Positions 9,530 to 18,723 of a stretch of 34,070 nucleotides of DNA are shown in pieces. The stretch is from a virus (taxonomy: Duplodnaviria; Heunggongvirae; Uroviricota; Caudoviricetes), in IMG/VR virus record IMGVR_UViG_3300021400_000141, positions 385,354 to 419,423 of that record, one strand, 5' to 3'. A model generated the notes under the pieces. It was given only the letters and a program-made list of their open reading frames with translations, made no database searches and was not told where the DNA came from. Position numbers and translations under genes: made by a program. The stretch's first letter is position 1; each line of letters starts with the position of its first letter.

Positions 9530-9563
9530 AGGTTGGTCTCCTTTTTGAAAAATTAAATTTATT

Positions 9564-9932
9564 TTAGAGTTCGGCGAGTTCCTTAACTTTCTCGCCAATT
9601 TCTACGAGGTTGAAGTTGCAAGACCTTGTGTTGAACCCTGATGCGTTGCACTTGGTAATAATGACTATACCAGAACGGCTACTGCGTAACATAAAGGTGA
9701 ATTTCCAAGTGCCGTGTGCAGGGATATTTTCGAGGTTGTATTCATACTGCACGGTCAGGGTCTTATCATGGCTAAATGAAGTGTTGCACATAGTCTTTTC
9801 AGGAACTGTGACACCATCTGGCACAACTTTTAGAAGTGCCATAGAAGCATACAACCCCAAGTCCATTTGCACATGATGTTCTGCATCATAGAGCCGTTGA
9901 ATGTCTTTGGTTACGTTGATTTTTGCAGACAT
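9564..9932 (-). CDS. Hypothetical protein, 122 aa
   Basis: GGGAGA RBS inside end of upstream gene. Confidence 0.83.
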   Translation of the reverse strand: MSAKINVTKDIQRLYDAEHHVQMDLGLYASMALLKVVPDGVTVPEKTMCNTSFSHDKTLTVQYEYNLENIPAHGTWKFTFMLRSSRSGIVIITKCNASGFNTRSCNFNLVEIGEKVKELAEL

Positions 9933-9936
9933 GGTG

Positions 9937-10176
9937 TTATCTCCCTTGTGTTTGATATTCGTAAAGGTTTTTGAGTGCCTCGTTTAACTTTGCTTCTCTC
10001 TCGCTGTCAATCTGCTGTTCAATCTGTTCTTTCGTGTGGTCGATATAGGGGTTGTGGTTTTTCCTATATGTTGCGAGGAAAAGCAAGACCACCGCAAGCA
10101 AGATGATGATGAGCAACAGGAACTGTGCGAAGAAGTTAGTGATGCTTTCAAAGATGTTGCCGATGAAACTGAACAT
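9937..10176 (-). CDS. Small single-pass membrane protein, 79 aa
   Basis: Hydrophobic FFAQFLLLIIILLAVVLLFLA; AGGAGG RBS; promoter 10202-10230. Confidence 0.85.
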   Translation of the reverse strand: MFSFIGNIFESITNFFAQFLLLIIILLAVVLLFLATYRKNHNPYIDHTKEQIEQQIDSEREAKLNEALKNLYEYQTQGR

Positions 10177-10252
10177 GGTTGCCTCCTTTGTTTCTATAAA
10201 TAATATAGATAATTAAATATAAAAAGTCAATCAGTTTTGTGTAAAGTTTTCG

Positions 10253-10576
10253 TTACGAAATTTTGCCTTTCTTCCATTCTTCCAATTCGCAGTCGAGGTC
10301 GTTAGCATTGATGCCACAACGCACGAAGCAATCCCTAATCTCTTGCAGTTCATCAGCGGTGAAGCCCCAGAAGTTGGGAACAATGAACGCACAAGCAGAA
10401 CAGTCGGCCTGCGAAGATGTAAGGTAGCCCTTCGGCGTACATTCAACGCAATTGCTGTTCTTCACGGATTTCCGTATGGTGGTCGCATCAAAGAACCAAT
10501 CCATTTTAGCCTTTGATGTGAGTTTTTCGAGCAAATCCCATTCATGCTGGGTTATTGTAGTCTTGCGATGTGCCAT
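10253..10576 (-). CDS. Hypothetical Cys-containing protein, 107 aa
   Basis: AGGAG RBS; promoter 10605-10633; CxxC pairs. Confidence 0.85.
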   Translation of the reverse strand: MAHRKTTITQHEWDLLEKLTSKAKMDWFFDATTIRKSVKNSNCVECTPKGYLTSSQADCSACAFIVPNFWGFTADELQEIRDCFVRCGINANDLDCELEEWKKGKIS

Positions 10577-10794
10577 AGGTAAACTCCTTTGTTTCTATAC
10601 TCTAAATATACCTAATTAAAACGGATTTGTCAATAGGGTTTCCAACTTTTTGTGTAAATTTTCATATACAAACTGGTCGGAGACCGCGTTGGGACTGGCG
10701 GCCCCCAGTCAAGGGGTGATAACCCAAGTTGGAAATCTGGTGGAAACAAGGGAAAACCCCACCCTTTCGGGTGAGGTTCGGAGACAAGGGAAAC

Positions 10795-11262
10795 TTACTT
10801 GTTAGGGTCAGCCATTGCAAACTTGTGGAGAAAGTTCCTTGATGCTTTGTTGCAGGGGAACGGCTTGCGTTTTCCGTTCCTGTCTTGCAAGAAGCACTTT
10901 ACTGGAACATCGACCCAAACACTCAAATTGGGTTCGTAGGGGTCATTTTTAGTTCCTTTACCAAGCACTTCATAGAAGCACGCACCCAGAGCAGTTTTTG
11001 CCGTGCCGTACAAGGAAGAATCCATAAGGTTCAAGTCGAACATCTGTCCGTCAACCTTACCGCTGTGCCAAGTGTCTTCAAGGTCAGGATATGCGCCTAT
11101 TTTTTCGGCTATTTCAGGGTTCCACTTAATTGTTTTCTGATTTGGACGAACAATCTCGTAGAAATACCTGTCCTTTCGCCCACGTGTCTTTATGACATGG
11201 AGTTCAGCCCACTTGAATACTTTTGCAAGCAGGGCAATAGTAGGATTAGGTTCTGTTGCCAT
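10795..11262 (-). CDS. Hypothetical protein, 155 aa
   Basis: GGGGGA RBS; terminator downstream. Confidence 0.85.
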   Translation of the reverse strand: MATEPNPTIALLAKVFKWAELHVIKTRGRKDRYFYEIVRPNQKTIKWNPEIAEKIGAYPDLEDTWHSGKVDGQMFDLNLMDSSLYGTAKTALGACFYEVLGKGTKNDPYEPNLSVWVDVPVKCFLQDRNGKRKPFPCNKASRNFLHKFAMADPNK

Positions 11263-11274
11263 ACTTCCCCCTTG

Positions 11275-11688
11275 TTATAAAGTGTTAATCTTTTCGGTTC
11301 CGTTACAAATCGCCACGTCAAGGCTAACCATCTTTGATGCAAGTGTTTCAGTCACCTTTGCAACACGTTTCAGGTAAGCCTTGCGTTTCTTTACGGTGTC
11401 AAGTGTGTCAATAGGAACATCTTCCTTAATTACATTGATGCCCTGGTCGCTGTTAGCGCTCCAAACGAAAATGAGAACTTCCAAGCGAGAACCCTTGCGG
11501 ACTTCCCTGATGCGGGCTTCGGCTTCGCTACCATTACGGTAGATAGAATAAATGATGCGACGGTCACGCTCGGGTTCGCAAATGTGTTCGCTCTTGTCAA
11601 TGAGCGAAATGTTCCATTCGGTGCTTACCCCAGTTCCTTTCGTGGTGTCGCCACCGAAGATAGAAAGTGCATGATGTTCTTTTGCCAT
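11275..11688 (-). CDS. Hypothetical protein, 137 aa
   Basis: AGGAGA RBS. Confidence 0.85.
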   Translation of the reverse strand: MAKEHHALSIFGGDTTKGTGVSTEWNISLIDKSEHICEPERDRRIIYSIYRNGSEAEARIREVRKGSRLEVLIFVWSANSDQGINVIKEDVPIDTLDTVKKRKAYLKRVAKVTETLASKMVSLDVAICNGTEKINTL

Positions 11689-11716
11689 AGTTGTCTCCTT
11701 TTTGAAAAATTAAAAT

Positions 11717-12562
11717 TTATTTTGCCGCCTTGATAACATCAAGAACAATAGAGTGAGTGTGAGACTGATGCGTTAAATCGTCGATAAGGTCTCCAACCTT
11801 ATCCTTATCCACAAGGGCGTAGTATTCGTTATCCCAAGTGTAGTAGCAACCGCCAACATCAAAGTCCACATCACGGTAGCAATCCACATCAAGAACACCA
11901 GAGCCACCGCATTCGCAACAGGTTTCTTCATGGGTTTCGGTTTCGCCATCTTCATTTTCTTCTTCGTAAGTGGTGTAGCCCGAACCGCCACATTCGGAGC
12001 AACCCTTAGTCATGGAAATTTCGCTCACGCCCTTTGCGATGAACTTTGCGACTTCAAGCACCTTTTCGGCATCCTTGTTATCGGCAAGTTCCTTTTTGAG
12101 GGCATCCACCCATTCGTCAAACGAGCCGTAGGCTTCAATCACATCGTCAACATAGCCATTGGAGCAAGCCTGCGACATACCGCCGTTGCAAATCTGATAA
12201 TGCAAATCCCCGAGCCAATCGACCGCAGACTTCTTGCAATCTTCGGGTCTCCACTTGATGTTATCCAACAGCCATTCTTCAATGTCGTAATGGCACATCT
12301 GCCATTCATCAAGGTCAAGAACGCACTCCGCAATCTCGCAAATCACATTATCCCACCAATGAGACGGGTCAGCGTAGCACATCTTCTGAACATGAGAAGC
12401 AATCGTAGTGAGCATTTCTTCGTCACTAGCCGTGTTGTAATCGGCTTTCATAGACTCGTTCTCGTACCATTCAAGTATGGCATCACGCTTTGTGATAATC
12501 CACTGGTCAATCTTCGGGTCATTGCTCTTGTTGTTATTGTTTATGAACTTTCCCTTTTTCAT
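11717..12562 (-). CDS. Acidic protein with DMP19/DUF4375-like motif and DnaJ-type CxxCxGxG zinc-finger repeats, 281 aa
   Basis: LHYQICNGGMSQACSNG resembles the DMP19 'V-NGG-x-Q-x-x-x-N' motif; CSECGGSG and CCECGGSG; promoter 12589-12617. CDS is secure, domain call moderate. Confidence 0.7.
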   Translation of the reverse strand: MKKGKFINNNNKSNDPKIDQWIITKRDAILEWYENESMKADYNTASDEEMLTTIASHVQKMCYADPSHWWDNVICEIAECVLDLDEWQMCHYDIEEWLLDNIKWRPEDCKKSAVDWLGDLHYQICNGGMSQACSNGYVDDVIEAYGSFDEWVDALKKELADNKDAEKVLEVAKFIAKGVSEISMTKGCSECGGSGYTTYEEENEDGETETHEETCCECGGSGVLDVDCYRDVDFDVGGCYYTWDNEYYALVDKDKVGDLIDDLTHQSHTHSIVLDVIKAAK

Positions 12563-12765
12563 GGTGTTGTCTCCTGTTTTATATCCTAAATATACATAAT
12601 TAAATTTGGGTTGTCAATACCTTTTCCAACTTTTTTGTGTAAATTTTCATTTACAATCTATGGGCGGAAACCGTCGGGGACGACTGCAGTCTGAACCAGG
12701 GTGATAACCCAAGTTGAAAATCAAAAAATAAAAAATAAAAAATGCCCCCAATGAGGGGGCGACCA

Positions 12766-13476
12766 CTAATGGGAACTGCAATAGATTACCTTGACACCTG
12801 GGCGGTAGCACTTTTTGCATTTTTCACAGGTGATGTTATGGTTTAGTTTGGTTCCAACATACGCCCTGCAATGGTCGGTTGCGTCGATGTAGGTTTCGCC
12901 GTCATCATAGACGAAAGCGTGAACATTCGGGTAATGGGCAACGGTAAAATACTCATTTACCCCGTGTTCATGCCATATTGAAAAATTGATATGGAAATTC
13001 TTTGGGAGCGGGTTATTCTCGATGAATTCAACCGCCAGATTGAAACGCTTTGTGTACAGGTAGAAAGTGAAACTGGGGTGCAACAACGCGAGGGAAACCC
13101 ACATTTCAAGTTCCTGCAAATTTTCAATGTCGCCGCTCTGATTGATACGGACTACATTGAATCGCTTTGTTACGGACAGTTGACGGTGCAGGTCTTGGAA
13201 CACCTTGGACGGACAGGTGCGAAGCCCTATCGTGTTGACAGCATGACCGTACATGGCGGTCTTTGGATAACGGCGGTACGACTTGTTTACATAGCAGTCT
13301 TTGGTGCAGTAGTCGCAGTCCTTACAAGTGCCACGAACACGCTTTTCAAGACGGGGGATGTAAAGCAGGTCAGAACCTTTGAGTGTAGACCAACTTGCAA
13401 CACCTTCGCCCAACTTGATGTTATGACCGATGTTAAAGTGATAAGTGTATTTGTGAGGGTTGAATTTTTTAGCCAT
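12766..13476 (-). CDS. Phage Gp88-like Cys-rich protein, 236 aa
   Basis: TCKDCDYCTKDCY, VRINQSGDI, FYLYTK and C-terminal CEKCKKC motifs typical of the GP88 family. Confidence 0.75.
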   Translation of the reverse strand: MAKKFNPHKYTYHFNIGHNIKLGEGVASWSTLKGSDLLYIPRLEKRVRGTCKDCDYCTKDCYVNKSYRRYPKTAMYGHAVNTIGLRTCPSKVFQDLHRQLSVTKRFNVVRINQSGDIENLQELEMWVSLALLHPSFTFYLYTKRFNLAVEFIENNPLPKNFHINFSIWHEHGVNEYFTVAHYPNVHAFVYDDGETYIDATDHCRAYVGTKLNHNITCEKCKKCYRPGVKVIYCSSH

Positions 13477-13675
13477 AAATAACTCCGTTGTTATAACAAT
13501 AATATAGATAATTAAATTGGTTTAGTCAATGGGTTTTACCTATTTTTTGTGTAAAGTTTTCTATACACTGTTATCACCAGAGCCTCCGCCTGCGGCGAAG
13601 CTGGAAAAGGGTGATAACCCAAGTTGAAAATCTGGTGAAAACAAAGTTAAAACCCCTCTTAATCGAGGGGTGGTG

Positions 13676-14101
13676 TTAGTCGATGCTGACCTGGAACCAG
13701 GTCTCGGGGCGGCCTTCTACATGGCACCTATACACGTTTGGTCTAAACTTCCGTGGGATTTTTTCATTAGCCCATTCAAAATACTGGGAACGTGAAAATT
13801 CAAAATTCACAAAAATTTCATGGATTTTTCTGTTATTCATGTCCGTGATGTAAACTTTCTTGAAAGTTCCACCATACCTTACTTTCAGGTGGTTCTGAAC
13901 CCAGACAAGAAAATTAGAAATGCTTGCCACAAGCAGATGCCTGTTCTTGCTCAAAGTGGATTTTACACCCTTGTAGTAATCAGGGAGTTTGATGCCAGAG
14001 TTTCCCGAAGTGTGGAACTCCGTGCGGAACATCTTGTTGTCAGGGGTAGCACCTATTACAACATGAGTTTTGTATCCGTCTTCATTGGAAATCCTTTTCA
14101 T
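13676..14101 (-). CDS. Hypothetical protein, 141 aa
   Basis: Coupled to 14106..14534 (GGAGG upstream). Confidence 0.82.
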   Translation of the reverse strand: MKRISNEDGYKTHVVIGATPDNKMFRTEFHTSGNSGIKLPDYYKGVKSTLSKNRHLLVASISNFLVWVQNHLKVRYGGTFKKVYITDMNNRKIHEIFVNFEFSRSQYFEWANEKIPRKFRPNVYRCHVEGRPETWFQVSID

Positions 14102-14105
14102 GATT

Positions 14106-14534
14106 TTAGCCCTCCGCTTTCATCCGTTCATTGTACTTGATGCCTGCCTTTGCAAGCAGTTGGATTCCAGCATCATATTCAGTTTCGTCAAGACCGCCGT
14201 CGAAACTCCATTTGATAAGATACCCTGCCGATTGCAGAACCATAAGCACAGCCTTGACCGCCGCATCGTAGTTCTCTCGGCAAGTCTTGCAGAAGTTAAA
14301 CATCTCTCCGTGCAAATCGAGCCAAAAATCCTCGCCCGTGTCTTCGCTAGTGGTGTTGAACTGAATAAGGTCTTTGGTGACGGTAGGCTTTTCGTCTCGA
14401 TTGCAGAAGCCTTTAACAAGGCGTTCAGAATAGAGTGTCTCGTAGGTTGACAAAATCTTTTTAACCTTGCCGAGAACGCAAGCGGAAAATTCCTTCTTGC
14501 AGGGCTTGATGTGAAAATAGTTCGTGTATCCCAT
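14106..14534 (-). CDS. Hypothetical phage protein (MGYTNY...FNFCKT...YD motif), 142 aa
   Basis: AGGAGG RBS. Confidence 0.87.
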   Translation of the reverse strand: MGYTNYFHIKPCKKEFSACVLGKVKKILSTYETLYSERLVKGFCNRDEKPTVTKDLIQFNTTSEDTGEDFWLDLHGEMFNFCKTCRENYDAAVKAVLMVLQSAGYLIKWSFDGGLDETEYDAGIQLLAKAGIKYNERMKAEG

Positions 14535-14548
14535 GTTTGTATCCTCCT

Positions 14549-14863
14549 TTATTCAATTTCCTTTTCGTCGATAGACCAGTTGCACCAAGTTCCGCTATCG
14601 TCAATGTTGATAGAGGTAGCCTTGCGTGCTTGTTCTAGGGTCATCCCTTCGGGTACATCTTCGCTGTCAATTTGCTTTACCGCATTTGGGTTGATTGTTC
14701 CGTTGTCGAGAACGGCATTGAAATCACGCAGATACATCTCAATGTTATCTCCGCAGGATTCAACCGCCTTTTCTTCGGTAGCAAACACACCGAGGATGTC
14801 CGAATCACAACCGCCGTGCCTGTCATTGAAGTGATAGTAGGCTACCCATACTTTCTGTCCCAT
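14549..14863 (-). CDS. Small acidic protein, 104 aa (internal paralog family)
   Basis: KVWVA...ILGVFATEEKA motif; GGAGA RBS; promoter 14898-14926. Confidence 0.87.
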   Translation of the reverse strand: MGQKVWVAYYHFNDRHGGCDSDILGVFATEEKAVESCGDNIEMYLRDFNAVLDNGTINPNAVKQIDSEDVPEGMTLEQARKATSINIDDSGTWCNWSIDEKEIE

Positions 14864-15106
14864 AATGTCTCTCCGTTGTTAAGGTTTCTATATCTATAAT
14901 ATACTTAATTAAAATGGGTTTGTCAATAAGTTTTAATAAATTTTTTTGTAAAGAATTAGATACAAACTGGGGTTAAACTGACGTTAGAACCCCTGATGAC
15001 GACGCACGCGGGCCCCGTTAAAAGGGTGATAACCCAAGTTGAAAATCAAAAAATAAAAAATAAAAAATCCCCCTCTTTCGAGGGGGTCAGGAGTTGGGCG
15101 AATGAG

Positions 15107-15961
15107 TTATTCTCTTTGCGGTCTCGGGTAAACCTTATCCACAAGTTGCAACAACTTGTTATGGAGTTCAGAGGGCAACTTATAGATTTCAGCGGTCAGG
15201 AGTTCTCTCTTTTCCTTGATGTTCGCTTTTTCCTTTTCAGCATTTTTCAAAATTTTTCTTGTAAAGGAGCGACCAAATTTCACAAAATCTTTGCGGTCAT
15301 CTTCGGTCATCAAGGTTGCCGATTTATTGATTTCCTCAATGTTCTTTTTGGCGGTCGGGACAATTTCGTTCAAGAACCGTTCCTTGTGGGCGGTCATACC
15401 CCGTTCATCCCAATAGGGGTCAGGTTCAAACCACTTGCGTTCATCGTTGCCCATATCGTGGTCGGCAAATTGTTCCACGCTACGGACAGGGGGAACCTTG
15501 CCGTCCTTGCCCTTGTATTCGTTGTCAACAAAGGCATACTTGATTTTAGCCTTGTTTTCACCGAACTTTTTATCGGGGTCATCAAGGGTAATGTCAAGGT
15601 AGATGAAGCCGTGGTTTTCGGCCTGGTCGAAAATGTCCGCTTTTGCCGTATTGTAGCCCTGCATAACATCATCGACAGCATCGGGAATGAGGTCTACAGG
15701 GTCGAGAATGTCTTTCATGTCGAAGTTGACAGCAAGATACCGCTTGAACTTGCCTGTTGTTTCTTTGCTCACAACATATTCGCCATGCCAACCGCTAATG
15801 TCGCTATCCACAAAGTCGATAGCAGAACGCAGACGGCTAATCATGCGTTCACCATAGCACCATTGATAGTAGAGACCAAAGAATGTCTCCATTTGGTATT
15901 TCTTGTCGCTACTCCGCTTTTTAGCACGAATGCGAACAAAGATATTGCTTCTTTCACCCAT
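15107..15961 (-). CDS. Hypothetical protein, 284 aa
   Basis: Long ORF, GGAGA RBS, own promoter 16003-16031 and terminator ~15068-15086. Confidence 0.9.
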   Translation of the reverse strand: MGERSNIFVRIRAKKRSSDKKYQMETFFGLYYQWCYGERMISRLRSAIDFVDSDISGWHGEYVVSKETTGKFKRYLAVNFDMKDILDPVDLIPDAVDDVMQGYNTAKADIFDQAENHGFIYLDITLDDPDKKFGENKAKIKYAFVDNEYKGKDGKVPPVRSVEQFADHDMGNDERKWFEPDPYWDERGMTAHKERFLNEIVPTAKKNIEEINKSATLMTEDDRKDFVKFGRSFTRKILKNAEKEKANIKEKRELLTAEIYKLPSELHNKLLQLVDKVYPRPQRE

Positions 15962-16140
15962 AATAAATCTCCGTTGTTAAGGTTTGTTGTTTCTATGTAT
16001 ATAATATAGATAATTAAAATAGGTTTGTCAATAGGTTTTACCCATTTTTTATGTAAAGTTTTCATTACAATGTTATCGGCAGAGCCTCCGCCTGCGGCGA
16101 AGCTGGAAAAGGGTGATAACCCAAGTTGAAAATCTTGTTT

Positions 16141-16171
16141 AAACAAGGATAAACCCCCTCTTGCGAGGGGG
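16141..16171 (-). terminator. Intrinsic terminator, CCCCCTC-TTGC-GAGGGGG family
   Basis: Stem 16154-16171; same hairpin at 16754-16771, 21690-21707, 24048-24063, 28643-28659, 31327-31344, and with inverted loop at 32968-32985; GCAA tetraloop on the transcript. Confidence 0.85.
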
Positions 16172-16188
16172 GTACATAATCATTAGAT

Positions 16189-16563
16189 TCAAGCTTGATT
16201 TTCTTTTTTGTATTCCGCAATCTTCTTTACGAACCTGATAGCATTTCGCTTGCTCTTGAAGAACAAGTCGGTAAGGCACTTGATGTCGTCATCGTCATAC
16301 TTGGCAGGATAGCAACGCAGGAACATCCCACTTTGCCCAGCAACGGAAACTGCTAAGTCCATAAAGTCATATTCGGGAACATCTAGGGTAGACGCAGTGT
16401 CCTCGGTACACAGGCATTCGCATCCATTAAGGGTGAAACAGACAGTCCATCCAGTCTTCCACTTGCAGGTATCTTTTGAAAGAGACTCCTCTACAACCCC
16501 GACAGGACACTTGCCGTGCCCGCTATCAATATCCATAATGTATATAGGCTTTTGCTTACGCAT
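16189..16563 (-). CDS. Hypothetical protein, 124 aa
   Basis: AGGAG RBS; promoter 16597-16625. Confidence 0.86.
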   Translation of the reverse strand: MRKQKPIYIMDIDSGHGKCPVGVVEESLSKDTCKWKTGWTVCFTLNGCECLCTEDTASTLDVPEYDFMDLAVSVAGQSGMFLRCYPAKYDDDDIKCLTDLFFKSKRNAIRFVKKIAEYKKENQA

Positions 16564-16794
16564 TGGTTAAACTCCTTTCGTTGTTTCTATGTATATAATA
16601 TACCTAATTAAAATGGTTTTGTCAATAGGTTTTAACAGATTTTGTGTAAAGAATTAGATACAAACAAGGGTTTAAACCCCTGGGTGTGGCAGCGGCAGAA
16701 GGTCAGGGGGGTGATAACCCAAGTTGAAAATCTTGTTTAAACCAAAGTTAAAACCCCCTCTTGCGAGGGGGCTACGGAGTTTATGGACACAAAA

Positions 16795-17046
16795 TTACCA
16801 ATACAAATCACAGGCCACTTTATTACCCTGTTTGAGTTCTCGAACAACCTGTTTGTAGCGGTCGGCTTCCGAACCCTCACAACAGAACATTCCTTCCTCA
16901 TAAAAGGCAATAGCCTTTTCTCTATCCCAATGTTCCCTCTCGTTGTAGCAGACCACAATAACAGGGTCTTTGAACTTTTTTTCGTTGCTTTCAGGATGTC
17001 TTGGACTCATCCTGTATTCCATCGCTTGCTTTCGGGTCATAGCCAT
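16795..17046 (-). CDS. Hypothetical protein, 83 aa
   Basis: AGGAGA RBS. Confidence 0.84.
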   Translation of the reverse strand: MAMTRKQAMEYRMSPRHPESNEKKFKDPVIVVCYNEREHWDREKAIAFYEEGMFCCEGSEADRYKQVVRELKQGNKVACDLYW

Positions 17047-17055
17047 AGGGTCTCC

Positions 17056-17448
17056 TTATTTTTTAGACTTTTGTTCTACGATAGTTATTTCAAAATAGAT
17101 GTCATCGTACTGGGTTTCAATACGGATTTCACCCCCTGCCCTACGAACGAGGTTCATAACTCCTTCTTGTGAGTAGGCATTGTCTTCGGTCTTCTCGGCT
17201 TCTGTCTTCGGGAGGTCATCCCAATCGCCCCAAGCGCTTTCACCACTTTCAAGGCCGTATGCGTGTTCGCAGTATATTGTGGGGATAACTTCTTCCGCCT
17301 CTGCTATGGCTGCCTTTTCAGCAGACTCACGGCTAGTGAATGTGCCTTTAATGAATGTGCCATTTTCATAATTGACATCAAATGCAGGGTCATTTCGGTA
17401 GTCTTCAACCTTGACTACATAAACCTTGTTATCGTTCTTCTTTGCCAT
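17056..17448 (-). CDS. Acidic protein, 130 aa (internal paralog family)
   Basis: KVYVV...KGTFTSRESA motif; promoter 17475-17503. Confidence 0.87.
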   Translation of the reverse strand: MAKKNDNKVYVVKVEDYRNDPAFDVNYENGTFIKGTFTSRESAEKAAIAEAEEVIPTIYCEHAYGLESGESAWGDWDDLPKTEAEKTEDNAYSQEGVMNLVRRAGGEIRIETQYDDIYFEITIVEQKSKK

Positions 17449-17704
17449 AATGAACTCCTTTTGTTTCTATGTATAATATACCTAATTAAATTGGTTTTGT
17501 CAATAGGTTTCCAACATTTTTTGTGTAAAGTTTCTATTACAATCGAGGAAGGAGACCGTCGGGACAGCTGCAGTCTGAACACGGGTGATAACCCAAGTTG
17601 AAGATTCGGTTGAGACAAAATAAAAGCCGTGTGGAAAAGTGTTGTGGCTAGGCTGTGTTATGGCCTAATTTTCCACACGGCAGGGGGCAGGGAGACCCCC
17701 ATTT

Positions 17705-18130
17705 TTACAAGTTCATCAACGCTTTCTCGATTTTTGCGTATTCGACAGCGGCTTTGGCAACCTTGAACATTCGTTCTTTTACAAGGCTAGGGCAGAACTC
17801 ATTTGTGAGCAGGGCTTTATCAAATATCGTATCGTGATTGAGGATAGTCCTTTTGCCGTCCGCTTCACGTATGATAACCCAAGCGATACCTTCTTTTGTT
17901 TGAGCGAAGTTTGTTTGAATTGTAATTGTTTCCGAGGTTATAATGTTTGGTTTAACTGAAATTGTAAACCCACCGCTTGTAAGTTTGTTTGATTTAGTAT
18001 ACCCCGGATACATATAACCGACATCAACGCAAACGCCAAGTTGCTCAAAACTGCACTTTTCATCAACGTGCTTTTTCCATTCGTTGATTAACGCAGTCAT
18101 AGCAAGGATGTTAGGCTTTCTGAAAAGCAT
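17705..18130 (-). CDS. Hypothetical protein, 141 aa
   Basis: AGGGGG RBS. Confidence 0.82.
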   Translation of the reverse strand: MLFRKPNILAMTALINEWKKHVDEKCSFEQLGVCVDVGYMYPGYTKSNKLTSGGFTISVKPNIITSETITIQTNFAQTKEGIAWVIIREADGKRTILNHDTIFDKALLTNEFCPSLVKERMFKVAKAAVEYAKIEKALMNL

Positions 18131-18144
18131 TTTTTACCCCCTTA

Positions 18145-18492
18145 TTAGAACCAACTGATTCTCACGTAGTTGTAATGTTCGGGAGTTTCTTTGAGCCAAG
18201 TGCGGAACAGTTCAACCACTTCGTCCTTTGGGTAGTCCTTTGGGTTTACACCCCATTCCTTGCACTTGTGGTTATACTCCCGCTTCGTCATATTGGCAAG
18301 GGTTTCAGTCATGGCTTTGAACTGGTCTTTGTTGAACTCCCAAATGGCTTCCTCGGAATGGTATTCCCCACCAGTGTAGGAGTCTTCGATATATTCATCG
18401 GAAAGGCTTTCAAGCAAGTCCTGACCCCACGCCAGACCCTCGCTCCCATACAGGATTTCATACCTTGTGATAACGTGTGCTCTTGTAGACAT
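18145..18492 (-). CDS. Hypothetical acidic protein, 115 aa
   Basis: GGAGG RBS; promoter 18533-18561. Confidence 0.87.
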   Translation of the reverse strand: MSTRAHVITRYEILYGSEGLAWGQDLLESLSDEYIEDSYTGGEYHSEEAIWEFNKDQFKAMTETLANMTKREYNHKCKEWGVNPKDYPKDEVVELFRTWLKETPEHYNYVRISWF

Positions 18493-18723
18493 ATATTCCT
18501 CCGTTGTTAAGTTTTGTTGTTTCTATGTATATAATATACCTAATTAAATTCTGTTTGTCAATAGATTTAATAAAAATTTTTTGTAAACTTTTTGATACAG
18601 ACTGGGCGGAAACTGTGAAGGAGTCGAGCCAAGCTGGAACGGGGTGATAACCCAAGTTGGAAATCTCGATGGCAACAAGGGAAAGCCCCACCCTTTCGGA
18701 TGAGGCTTGGAGACAAGGGAAAC

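Noticed and set aside
12766-13476. Radical SAM enzyme call
   Set aside because: Cysteine spacing is not the CxxxCxxC motif; Gp88-like is the safer call.
17872-17883. Partial repeat match TGATAACCCAAG inside CDS 17705..18130
   Set aside because: Only 12 of 18 bases, lacks both GGG and TTG ends, lies in coding sequence (AWVII); treated as chance.
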